NCBI GenBank assembly: GCA_047967505.1
Contig: CM106538.1
Strand: one strand, 5' to 3'
Source: Dipteris shenzhenensis
Lineage: Eukaryota
DNA: 64,000 nucleotides
The translations under genes and the position numbers were made by a program. Within the stretch, counting starts at the first letter, position 1. Each line of letters opens with the position of its first letter. This document shows, in pieces, positions 13,918 through 27,000 of the stretch. A model generated the notes under the pieces. That model searched no databases and was not told where the DNA came from. It worked only from the letters and a program-made list of their open reading frames with translations.

Positions 13918-15006
13918 GAGTATGCCATAGCCCTCCTAAGACTTTCTTGGGTTTCAAATTTTCATTTATATAATCTTTGTATAGATTTTTTAAAGTTCAT
14001 TCAATATTCCATCCAAGAACTATCGTATGTCTTGGGGAATACCACCTATATATACAAATAAGTGAGATGTAATATTTCATGACTTTGTCCTTGAGAATAT
14101 CTGACTTTTATGAGTTTTGTTTGTACTCTATGAAAATTGATTTTCCATTATTGTGGGTTTGCAATATACTACACACTATTTTCTCTCAAAATTGTGGTTT
14201 AGAAAGTCTATTGTTTTCTCTAGTATATATAGATTGACACATAGTTTCTTTCTTGCAATGTGACAGGATGCCTAGGCAATTCACATTTCGCACCGAAACT
14301 GGAGTGCGGGTGGCAAGTACATAATTGCTTGATAGCCAAGTTCTACATCGACATATTAATAGTAGAGTCGTTGACTTTTAGAAATATATAGATCCTGTGG
14401 GTTGGAGGTCTCCGGAGAGTGGGCAGCTACTATTGGATCTGCTTGAGCTGGAGAGCTACATTGGGTAGAAAATGTGTATGCTGTTTGTTGCTTTATTTTT
14501 GTTAAAACAAAATGTTTTTTGGATTATATATGAGTGGGCAAACATGCTATTGTTTTTTTTAAAGGTGTGTTTCAGATTCAAGGTTTGCCATGAACCTCCA
14601 CGTGGATCGTCCTTCGACGAGACGAGCCTACTTGGAATATAACGGTGCCTTGCTCGCCACCTTCATGGGGCTGATAGACCACAAACCATCGCTGTCCCCT
14701 ACTGTTTGGACTCTATGCACATCTGAGAACACGGGTTTTCTACCGAGGGGAAAATTTAGACTATACGTACACCTTTATTCGTATTATTTGTAGCCCTTTG
14801 CATCAGAGTAAATACTTTAATGAATGAGCTAGATTTTATCAACATATAGTTATAAAAGTCTTATGACTCAATAATTAGAGTCCTTAAATTGTCTTTTTGT
14901 TTGATGTGGGTCTAGATTCGATTGTTCGTAGTCAATGGTACGTTCATCACCAGCATAGATGCGGTAGACATGGAGTACATGGCCGCAAGCTTTTCCCTAG
15001 AGTACA

Positions 15007-18000
15007 TGTGGGGTTAAAGGTCAATATGCCTTTACCCCGGTTATGTACAATACTCAAACACATATATAAATCAATGAAAAAGAAGGTTAGGGTGTTCTGC
15101 ACCCACCAAAACTTGTGTGGCTCTCTGTTTCTCTCTCTTCCTCTTCCATTCTTGCTTCTGTTGTGAGCACTCTCAACTGGTATCAAAGCCCAGGTGATCT
15201 AGCTGAGCGTGTGTGAATGCCTGGAAGCTCAGCAGCTCTGTGGGAGGAAGGAGAAGCTCTGTGGGAGGAAGGAGAAGCTCTGTGGGAAGCTTTGTGGGTG
15301 ATTTTACTTGCATCCGAGTGTGCAAAGATCTTGAAGGAGCCTTTGGAAAAGTCACTTTGGTTTTGCAAAGTGGTTTTGAGAGCCTGTTAAGTGTTTTCAA
15401 AGAAAAAGTCGTTTTTTAAGCTTTTCCCTATTCCGTTCGACGCCAGAGACTCTGTATTGACTTGTAGAGGCAACTATTGCTTGCTTTTGGTGTCCATTTC
15501 ACTTCAAGAGCTTGGAAACACCTTTATTCTTGAATCTGGGATCATTTCATTGGATTTCTGACTCTCTGTCTCAGTTCCTACGTTTTTCTGCCCAGGTGTT
15601 GGAACTCAAGTTTGGAGTAACCATTTGCAGATCTGTCAGTTCCGGTGGACTCAGGAGGTCCTAAAACTTCTATGTTGCTCATCATTCGCACTCCGGTGGA
15701 GTTTACAAATAGTTCTGTTTCCAAAAGCGTTTTTTAGTCCATGTGTTGGACCCAGTGATTGAGACCACGGTTTCCAAAACCGTCTATCCCATTGCGTTTC
15801 GGACGCCCAAAACCCCTACCTGTCAGTTCTTGCACGATTCGGTGGAGTATTTTCAGAGTTATAGATCTCTATGTATTGGATTTTGTCTCTCTGTTATGCA
15901 TTTTTCATTCTAAGGTTTTGAAACCTTAGATTTATGCCACATGGTAGTGGATAAGTGTTGACTCCCATTTCTCACTCATCGGTTGGAATTTTGGAGTTCC
16001 ATCAGAAGAGAGATATTTGCAGATTTTCTTGTTGAGTCCGATTATGCAATGGCGCCCTTGAGGCAGCTCAAGTTCTATTTTCAGTAGCGGTCATTACCGT
16101 GGGACCATAATATCTTGAGCATACCTTATGCAGATCACTATGGTTGCAGTTTGAGCCATGTGCACTCATTTGTGGTGTGCATTGGGCTGCAGTGGATGAT
16201 TTATAGGCCATTTGGATGCATTGCGATCCTTATTGGATGTGCTGATAGGCCCAGATTACCTTGTGGGATGCTATTTTTTATGGATGCTTTGCATATGGAT
16301 GCGATTTTATGCTGAGGGACAACTTTGACACATTGTAGGTGATGCACTGATAGTGTTATGCTCTCTTGGATGAGATATTATTGATGCATATGCCCATGGA
16401 CGGTGTTTATGCTTGAGCCATTTAGCACTTATTGGCATTTTGGATTGCCATTGCAGTTGGCATTTTCTTTTGGGCCAGATTTGCTCATATGGATGCATAG
16501 TATATGCACATGAGTCAGATGCATCTTTTGATGCTTTGAGCTTTGAGTTTTGGTGATACTTCACTCTATTGTGGCATACACATTTGGGTGCACTTGGTAT
16601 TTGGTGTGATTCTCTCTTGCAGGCACTAGCATTTGGGATTTTGCTTCATTTGCATCATGGCATCCTCTTCCATGTTTGAAAAGGAGTTTTTCAGCATTAA
16701 AAAGTTTGATGGGACAAACTTTTCTTTGTGGAAAGAACAGATAAGGGATGTGCTTATTCAAAAGAAGCAGATTAAACCCTTAGCAGGTATTGAAGCTATT
16801 CTTGCAGATATGTCTGAGGATGATTGGAATGAGTTGGATGCATTAGCAAAGTCTACTATTAGACTTCATCTTGCGGAGTCAGTTTATTTCACAGTAGTAA
16901 ATGAGCAGTTGGAAATGACTATGCATGTGACATAGTGGGAGTAGGTGACATAAAGTTTTCTTTTGCAAATGGGTCTGCATTTATTTTGAAAAATGTGAGA
17001 CATGTGCCTAAGCTGACCAAGAGTCTCATTTCAGTGGGTTAACTAGATGATGCTGGTTTTCACACCACTTTTGGCTTTCAGAGTTGGAAAATTCAGAAGG
17101 GCTCTATGCTTTTGGACAGGGGTGCCAAGTGTGGGACTTTGTATCCCTTACATGTATCAGGGGTGTTTGATCATGTTGTTGCAATAACCGAGCAGCCAAG
17201 TACTTCTTTGTGGCATTGTAAGTTGGGGCACATGAGCCAGAATGGAATGAAACTCTTATGCCGTTTGGGTTATGTACCGCATTTGAGTTTCTCTGATTTT
17301 GAATTTTGTGAGCACTATCTCTATGGGAAGTAGACTAAATCAGCCCATAAAAGAAGGGGAAAGAAAGAGTTTGAAAAGCTTGATTTGATGCATTCAGACG
17401 TATGTGGTCCCATGCCTACACGGTCATTAGGTGGGGCTAAATACTATGTGACATTCATTGATGATGCAACTAGGAAAGTGTGGGCTTATGCTATAACTCG
17501 GAAGAGTAATGTGTTCCATGTATTTCAGAAATGGCTGGCCTTGGTTGAGAATCAGTTAGGTAGAACGCTTAAATGCCTACGGACTGACAATGGTGGAGAG
17601 TATCTCTCTCATGACTTTCAGCATTTCTATGATACACGTGGGATTAAGAGGGAGCTCACATCCCCTCATACTCCAGAGCAAAATCCAGTTGCAGAAAAGA
17701 TGAACTATACCATTCAAGAAAGGTTGCAATGCATGCTTTCCAATGCAAGTCTTTCTGGTGGTTTTTGGGCTGAGGCAATGAAGACTGCAGTGCATGTGAT
17801 CAATAGATCACCTAGTAAGAGTTTGGATGGTGGTATTCTTGAAGAGTCATGGAGAGGCAAGAAGCCCTCTTACTCTCATTTGCGTATATTTGGGTGTGAG
17901 GCATATGCACATGTGCCAAAAGAGCTTCGAAAGAAGCTAGATCTTAAGTCTAGGAAATGCATCTTTCTAGGGCTATCGTCTCTGGGATCCAGAAGCAAAG

Positions 18001-20067
18001 AAGATCATACGCAGCCATGATATAGTCTTCAATGAGAAGAAGATGCATAAGGCACCCATGAGGGATGTGGAAATGAGGAGAATCACTTTCCAGGATGTGA
18101 ATCCACCTCTGCATATGTTGATAGACAACAAGCTGTCCATTCCATGCACCAAATGTGCAAGAAATGGGAAAGAAATGGTACCACCAAGTACTCCCACAGG
18201 TATACAATAAAGGGTAGATGATGGATCATCTATTGGTGGAAATGATGAGCCAAATGTGGCTGATATGCAGGTGGGACAGCAAGTAGAAATGCCCTTGAGA
18301 AGATCATTTAGAGTGTCTAGACCGCCTGATAGGTTTGTTCCAGGGGTAGGCTATGTGATGCTTACTGATTGCGGGGGGCCTTCTTGCTACAGAGAGGCTA
18401 TGATGCACGAGGATCAATGCAAGTAGGAGTATGCTCTGCAATCAGAGATGAGTTCACTTATGAAAAATAAGACTTGGGACTTGGTTTCTTTACCACATGG
18501 AAAGAAAGCATTGCCATGTAAATGGGTCTGCAAGATGAAGGTCACAGCTGATGATGTGCCTAGGTACAAGGCCCGTTTGGTCGCTAAAGGGTTCAAGCAA
18601 AAGAAGGGTGTGGACTTTGATGAGATATTCTCTCCGGTTGTGAAGATGACCACACTTAGATGCATGCTTGGACTAGTGGCAGTAGAGTATATGGAGCTTA
18701 TGTAGATGGATGTCAAGATAGCTTTCTTGCATGGGGATCTGCATGAGGAAATTTACATGGTGCAACCGGAAGGCTTTGAAGAAAAGGGCAAAGAGCATTT
18801 GGTTTGCAAGCTGAAGAAGAGTCTCTATGGTCTTAAACAAGCGCCTAGAGAATGGTATCAGAAGTTTGATGCTTTCATTCGGTCCCAGGGTTTTAAAAGT
18901 CGTGAAATTGATCACTGCCTCTACACTAAAAGGGCTAAGGATAATAGCCTGATAATCCTAGCACTATATGTGGATGATATGCTATTGGCTAGCAAGAATA
19001 CTTATGAGCTAGATGCATTAAAGGCCAAGGTGCATGAGGCCTTTGATATGAAGGATTTGGGACTTGCAGATCATATTCTTAGTATGTGCATCATGCGTGA
19101 TCAGAGTAGGAAACTCCTTTGGCTTTCACAGAAGGAGTATGTTACAAAAGTATTGCAGTTTCAATATGGAGGGGGGGAAGGCAGTGAGTACTCCATTGCC
19201 TCCATATGTGAAACTGAGTCATACAGATAGTCCCAAATCAGATGAGGAGAGGGCCATGATGGCCAAGGTTCCTTATGCATCAGCGGTTGGGAGTCTTATG
19301 TATGCTGTGATAGCTACTAGACTAGACATTGCATTTGCAGTGGGAGTTGTTAGCCGGTATATGGCTAATCCAGGAAAGAGGCATTGGGAGGCAGTTAAGT
19401 GCATCATGAGGTACATGAAGGGTACCAAGGAGATGTGCATCTGCTTTGGTACACAGATTCAGACTATGCAGGGCATGTGGATAGTAGGAGATCCACTTCT
19501 GGTTATGTGTTCACCTTTGCAGGTGGTGCAGTGTCGTGGATGTCTCGTGCACAGAAGTGCGTTGCTTTGTCTACCACAGAGGCTGAGTATGTTGCAACCA
19601 CAGAGGGTTGCAAGGAGGCTATATGGCTTGATCGACTAGTGGGAGATTTGGGGATTCATACATGTGTACCGACATTGCATAGTGATTCCATAAGTGCTAT
19701 TCAGCTGGTCTTTCATGCAAAGACCAAACACATTGAGGTCAAGTACCATTTCATCAGGGAGGTACTTGAGGACAAGCGCATAGAGCTTGTCAGGGTTCAT
19801 ACAGATGATAACCCTGCAGATATGTTGACAAAGGGCATTGGATAGTATGCTCACTGGTTGTTCTCCCTTAAAGGCACATTGTCCTTTAAGTGGGAGGTTG
19901 TGGGGTTAAAGGTCACCGTGCCTTTACCCCGGCTATGTACAATACTCAAACACATATATAAATGAATGAAAAAGAAGATTAGGGTGTTCTGCACCCACCA
20001 AAACTTGTGTGGCTCTTTGTTTCTCTCTCTCCCTCTTCTATTCTTGCTTCCGTTGTGAGCACTCTCA
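15007..20067 (+). mobile_element. Second, more decayed Copia of the same family (copy B), inverted relative to copy A; 169-bp LTRs 15007-15175 and 19899-20067, TSD GTACA; ~790-bp internal deletion
   Basis: TSD GTACA at 15002-15006 and 20068-20072; PBS tggtatcaaagc 15178-15189; PPT aagtgggaggt. ORF fragments are near-identical to copy A. The junction at 16908/16909 skips copy-A positions ~9720-10509. Confidence 0.96.
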
Positions 20068-21081
20068 GTACATGGCTGCATGCTTTTCCCTTAGGGATGT
20101 TTGTGTGTCTATTTTTTATATGCTTAGTTATGACTTTGCTCACGAATATATATTGAAGTACTCTGTTATAGATAATTTTTTGGTTAGAGTCTGTTGCTTG
20201 CATTTAAATGTTTGTTGTGTTTATAAAAGTTCTTTTGTTATATTATTGGTTTAAGAGATCAGCATACAAGCCTTGCCAATAGTGCTAGCTCTAACCATGA
20301 CACACTTAATAAATTTGGTGATGTTAGTAGTCTAATTTCAACCCTTTCCTCATGTATAACAAACATCCATCTCTCTCACACACTCTCTATCACTGTGTGT
20401 GTGTGTGTGCTCGTGTGTGTGTGTGACCTTCTCCTCGATGCTTAGATCGAAAATTCACATCATAAACATTCCCATTAATTGAATTGCATGCATATGTGGA
20501 AAACACATCTTTTTAATTTGGAGATTTGCCATCTATGCTTCACCTTTACTATCTTGCAACCAACCCACGCAGTGCCTTTATTTGATATTCTATTTATTAA
20601 AATTAATTGACATTTTACCACCTTGAGACTCGGTAGAGTGGGTCTCTAACTCGTCGTAGATGAGTCAAGCTACTTGTAGTAGTAGTAGAGCAACCCTCTT
20701 GTTATAATGAAAGTGTATCTAAATCTCTAAGAGCTCAAAACAGCAAATAGCTATCACCATAGGCGAGAAAAACCTTGATGAATGAAACATCATTGGCAAG
20801 GCATCAAGGGCAGGGCTCTTCTGATGCTACTTTGTCTTTTGAACGTAAAGGCCACTCCAAGTCCTTGTCGGAGGAAACAATGAGAGCAAAAAAGGCATTT
20901 TTATTTATTTTTTCCTGAGTTCGAAAGTTGTGATTAAGCAATTGAAAATTCTCTCAATAAAAAGAATATTATCTCTAATTATTACTTGTGAACTGTATTT
21001 TAGGTCAAGTCGGCTATAAGACTTCGTAAGACTTGATTTCCGCTCCGCTCTCCCCCTTCGACCTGATCCCTGCTTTTCTTG

Positions 21082-24000
21082 ATGGCTGCCCCTTCCGTTG
21101 TCCCCCGCAACCGCACAAACCCCCGCAACCCCGACGATGACAACCTCGCTTTCGAAACGACCCCTGGCGTTGAGGTTATTACCGGCTTCGATCAAATGGG
21201 CATCAGAGACGAGCTCCTCAGAGGAATTTACGCTTACGGATTTGAAAAGCCCTCTGCCATTCAGCAACGTGCCATTCGCCCCATTATACAGAACAGGGAT
21301 GTGATTGCGCAGGCTCAGTCAGGAACTGGCAAGACTTCTATGATCGCCCTCGCTGTTTGCCAGATAGTCGACACCACGCTTAGAGAGTAAGACTCCTTTC
21401 CTTCGACAACGGTTTTAGGGATTACGAGGGATACGGTTCCTTTTCTAGTTGCGGAAAGTATTCCCTAGAACTCAAATTGCAGGGATTTATTAGAAATCAG
21501 TAGGCCGTGCACGGGTTATGCGAGAACACCGCAGAAGATTGTAAAGACGTGCCAATTTTGTTTGAGATTAGTAAACGAACAAGACAAGTAAAAAACAAAA
21601 CGTCGAGAGCGAAGGGAGCTCTCACATGCGTCCTAGGGCTAGCATCAAAGCATCGAAAGGTATGCTCCACCAAAACGCCTGCGACGTTTATATGGGAAAC
21701 TAGCAGGATTGTACTGTGTGCACATATTGAATAGAATCTACCTCACGATCGATCTAGATTCTCGAATCTGGTAGTCATGGAGATTCTTCAACAGAAATTC
21801 AAAACATTAAAGTAGTATGTGATGGGCTTCTTGTTAGATTATGAGTAGTTTGTTGTAAACACACCCTTGGGACTCTTTTTCCTCCAATTAGGAGGGTTTC
21901 CCCTAGGGTTTGTTTCCTCTGTAGAGGATAGATCCCTAAACATTTGGTATTAAGCCTTAGATCCTCTTTTCAAGGAGAAATCTTGACGAATGCTGACGAG
22001 AGCTGGCCCTATGCACGATGAATTAAGGGTGGGATTGCTTTTGCTTGTTGATTCAACCATTCTTTTTTTCATTTTTGTAATTTCTATTTTTTTTCTCATT
22101 GACTCACAAAGTCTCTTTCAAACTCCCTTCTTTCCTTTGTTCTTGTTCTATAAAACATTTTAATTTGTAAGATCAGATATATTCTAGTCTTATGAAAGTA
22201 GTTGGGACAAAAAATATATAGACAAAGAGCCACCCGCCTTAGATTCATGCTCCTTGCTTTGCTCGTCTCTTGAGAGCCACATGCCTTCACTTTGTTTGTC
22301 AACTCTTGCATTATCAATACAACTCCATGTTGTTTTGTTCTCCTTTCATTTCCAAACCAAACATTCAGTATCATAGCCTCACATCTTCCTTTTAAAGAGA
22401 AAGCTTGATGGGTGAAGCTTGATCACTCAAATCGAGTATGAAAATTTGAGGATTTTGTCAATTTCAGGTATATAGTTGACATTTGCAGGAAATTAGAGTT
22501 TACTGTTGCAGCTTTTTGGGTCTAGTGCATAGTCACCAGAAACGGCTGTTTCTGGCCTGGAAATGGAAATGCCAAAACAGAAACGGGGTTTCTTTTAGAA
22601 ACGCCGTTTTGTAATCAAAAAAAAAATTTGGGCTGTTTTTTTGGGTGGGCCTTTTTTGATTAAACTGTTTTTGTCTTCTTTTGATTAAAACGTTTTTTGT
22701 CGATTCGTCCGTGTTGCTGCTCTCCATCCTATTGCTTTCCAGCCTCTCCATCTTTGATTCTTGGGGCCCTGGCACCGGCAGCCTGCTCCCCCCTCCATCT
22801 TGCAGGCTGGCTCTCAGCTTTCCATCCCTCCACTACCTCTCCTCTCTTAGCTCTCCTCCTCCTACCTCTCATCCTCCTCCGACTCCTACCTCTCCATCCT
22901 CTTTCACCTCCCCATCCTCCTATCTCTCCATCCTTTCTCACCTCTCCATCCTCCCTCTCAAACTTCAGATTGTTGTAACTTCAAACTTGTTAGAAGTTAG
23001 TTCATGACACATGTTGATTGTTGAAGCATCATTCATGGATAATAGATGATACTAGATGGATCAATCATCACAGGAATTTAGAATCATAGAAGCATGCATG
23101 ATGCTTCAAGTATAGATAATTGTATTATGTATAATTTGCACTCTATTGATAATTGTATTATGTATAAAAAACATTTTATACATAAATTGTACCATATTGC
23201 CGTTTTTCCGTTTCCGTTTTGGCTGGCAACTATGGTCTAGTGTAGACTTAAGGCTAATGTTTACAAATATCTTGACTCAGCTTGAGTTTTAATTTTTGGC
23301 TTTATCGCAAGCATTTTTTTAAATTTATTTTTGAAGAATATGGGTTTAAATACAGGAGAATAAGTTGGAGAACGAACCACCCCTCTTCCTCTTGTGGAAA
23401 TTTATTTGGTTGGCTGCAAAGAATTTATGGGGATATGCTAATGGATCAGCCAAAAATCAGAAACAGTTCAACTTGGAGCATCCTTTGTGTTAAATAGGCT
23501 CATGTTGCTGGCTACGAACAATGAACATGCCATCCCTCCTTTTAAAGCTGACTTACAATATGCATTTGAGGTGTCAGATCTGGGTCTACTTGGGCATATG
23601 GTTAATCAAATAAAGGCATAGTTTTACTTCAGTCGGAGTACATACAAAAGTCGTGCATAAATTTGGTTTTCAAGATTACATGTCCATTTGGAACCCAGGG
23701 TTGCAAATGAATTTTTATGATGTAGGAGAGCCCTATGATATCTATCTGTGCAACACTAGACCAAATATTCAGTTTGGTGTTTTCCAAGCTAGCAAGTCCA
23801 TTCACAGTCCTAGTACTAAGCAGTTAAGTGTATTTTCCCTTACCTATAGGATAACACACAATCTTGGATTGTTTTATCAAAAGGGGGACAGCTTGTAGCT
23901 TTTTGTGTTTTAGTGACTCAAACGAGGCAGGTGATTTTGTTACTCGATTGTTCACAATTTTTTTTGGCAAGTCATGCATATCTTGGTTAAGCTAGAGACA

Positions 24001-27000
24001 ATTCATTGTTGCCACCTCAACCTATGAGGCTGAGTATAGGGCAGCCTTCCTTGCAATGGTAGATTATGTATGGTTGAGGAGGGTACTTCGAGATCGTCAT
24101 GAGTTGTCAGCAAACACTCATCACCATTCTCACTAAAGATTACAGTGCTTGACTTGTAAAACAAATTTGCCTTTCTCTTCTCTACAGATCACGGGAGTAG
24201 CACCTTTCGTTTCCACCCAGCCAATTCTGCCAAGTCTTCAAGCAAGAGAGAGAGAGAGCGATATCGAAATTACGTAAATCCACACATTCTTCCATTCTCT
24301 CACTAGTCTTGACAGACCCCATATCCCTAGATAGATCTAGATGCCACATGTTATCCATATAGGGCCTTCCTAATGCAACATTTCACCCCTCTCTTGGGAT
24401 GCATTTAATTCCTTGCCCCTAGGCACAATCTTTGCACTAGGCCCTTGGTCTCAGATCTATCTAGTCTGGTGCTATCAGCCCTCACCTAGGACCTTGACAT
24501 TAATCCCTCCCGATCATTTACATAAAGCGCAAACACATATATTACAAAAATAGATCCTATAAGGGAAATGTCGACTGATTCTTCCGAGGTCATGCTACCT
24601 CGGCTAGAGCGTAACATTCCTTCCCTCTTCAGACATTAGCGTCCTCGATGATAAAGTCTGGGAACACTCTCCGCAACTGATATACGGATTCCCAGGTAGC
24701 TTCGGATAGAGGCTGACCATGCCATGCAACCAACACCGTGGGTATCTTCCGATTTCGTATTTGCATCGTTCCTCGGTCCAGGATTCTTGTTGGTTTGCGC
24801 CTTGCAATATCCTCTATCTCCTGAAACAAAACCACACCTTCGATTAGTGAGTCACCAGTATGTAAAAATTTCTTTAAACGTGAAACATGAAAAACCGGGT
24901 GCACCTTACACCCCTGTGGCAATTCTAATTTATAGGCTACACTGCCTATTCTCTTTAGAATTAACCACGGCCCACAGTATCGAGGTGATAATTTAGCACA
25001 CTCTCCTGAAGTCAACGACTTCGAGTGCGAAGGAATTCTGAGAAAAACTTTTTCTCCTTCTTCAAATACTCTTATAGACCGATTTTCATCCGCATACACC
25101 TTGGCTCTATCCATAGCCTGACGGATATTAGCTCTCGCAAGTGCTAGCATCTCCCGCATCTGAACTACAAAGTTCGCGGCACTAGGCACTTTCTGAGGTA
25201 CTCCAACTATAGTCGGATTGGCTGGTCTATAACCATAGTTCAGCTCAAACGGACTGAACCCAGTAGATGAATGTTTCCTATCATTGTAGGCAAACTCCAA
25301 CAATGGCAACCACTTGTCCCATGTATGTTGCCTCAATGACACATATGCCCTCAGCATATCCTCTAAAGTCTGGTTGACTCTCTCCGTCTGACCATCCGTC
25401 TCAGGATGATCCCCACTACTCATTCCTAACTCAGTCCTCAGTGTCTCGAATACCGCTGTCCAGAAATGACCGGTAAATCTGACATCTCGGTCTGACACTA
25501 TGGATCTAGGTAATCCATGCAGACGAAATATATGTCTAAAGAACAAATCCGCCACTTGCGGGGCACTAACAGACTCTCTAGTCGGAATGAAGTGAGCCAT
25601 CTTGGTTAGACGATCAACCACCACAAGGATAGAATTATACCCTCCTTGCGTTGCAGGTAGCCCTACAATAAAGTCCATGGAAATGCTCTCCCACTTACTT
25701 AGTGGTATTTCCAAGGGTTGTAAAAGTCCGGGTGGCTTCACCCGCTCGGCCTTACTTACCTTACACGAGAAACACCGTGTCACATATTCATGAATATGCT
25801 TTTTCATCTTTGGCCAAAAGAAATCTCGCTTCACGAGATCATATGTCTTCTCGACTCCTGGATGTCCCGCACATGGGCTATCATGGCATTGTCGAATGAC
25901 TCTCTGCCTGAGATCATTCTGACCAGGTACTACAACCTTGCCATTTCTAACTAGCATACCATCCCTTATGGTATATCTTGCATAAGTTTGGCCTTTTCTG
26001 GATGCCAGGTCATCCTTTTCACTTTCCCCGGGTTTTAACACATGAGCCTTAGGCCATAAGCTCTGGACAAACTCGTCCACCTTTTGAGTTTCTCTGATCT
26101 CGGTCATTAGAGCACTCTCTAATACCGTGAAACTGAGGTTGTGCATAATGCGAGACAACGCATCAGCTACCTTATTGTCTTTTCCTCTTCGGTACCGAAT
26201 CGTTAGATTAAACTCCTGCATGAGCTCTGCCCACCTAGCTTGGCGGCCCCTCAAGTCAGGCTGTTTACAGAAATGTTTCAGAGTATCATGATCCACATCC
26301 ACATAAAACTCTGAACCATACAGATAATGTCTCCATGTTTTCAAAGCATGGATAACAGCATACAACTCCAATTCATGAGTTGGCCAATTCCTTTGAGAGG
26401 GAGAAAGCTTCTTGCTTTCAAAGGCTACTGGCCTTCCCTCTTGAAGGAGGACTGCTCCTACCGCAATGCCACTTGCATCGGTTTCTAGGAACAACGGTTT
26501 CTGGGGATCAACTATTTTTAACACCGGTCCTGTGACCACAGCTTGTTTTATGGTGTTAAAACTTTCTTGTTGATTCTGTCCCCAAATAAAAGGTACTTTA
26601 TCTGAGGTCAGATCAGTCAATGGCGATACTATTCCGGAATATCCTTTGATATGCCTTCTATAAAACTGGACAAATCCCAAGAATGATCGCAACGCGGTCA
26701 GACTCTGAGGGATTGGCCAAGTTAGTATCGCAGCCACTTTCTTCGGATCCATTTCTACCCCCTGTGGAGTAATTATGAACCCTAAGTACTCAAGCCTAAC
26801 CATACACAGTATAGTTTTCTTTTTATTCACGTAAAGACTGGCTTTCCTCAAAGTACTGAACACTATCCTTAAGTGTTCATGATGCTCAGTAACACTTTTA
26901 CTGAATATTAGGATATCGTCAATAAAATGTACTACGAACTTTTCGATATACGGGCGTAGTAAATCGTTCATAAGCATGACGAAGGTCGCTGGAGCATTGG

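Noticed and set aside
6472-20067. Copia inverted pair as an assembly artefact or single inversion
   Set aside because: Copies have different TSDs, many substitutions and copy-specific indels.
22681-23007. Pro/Ser/Leu-rich ORFs
   Set aside because: CT-rich low-complexity interior of the hAT MITE.
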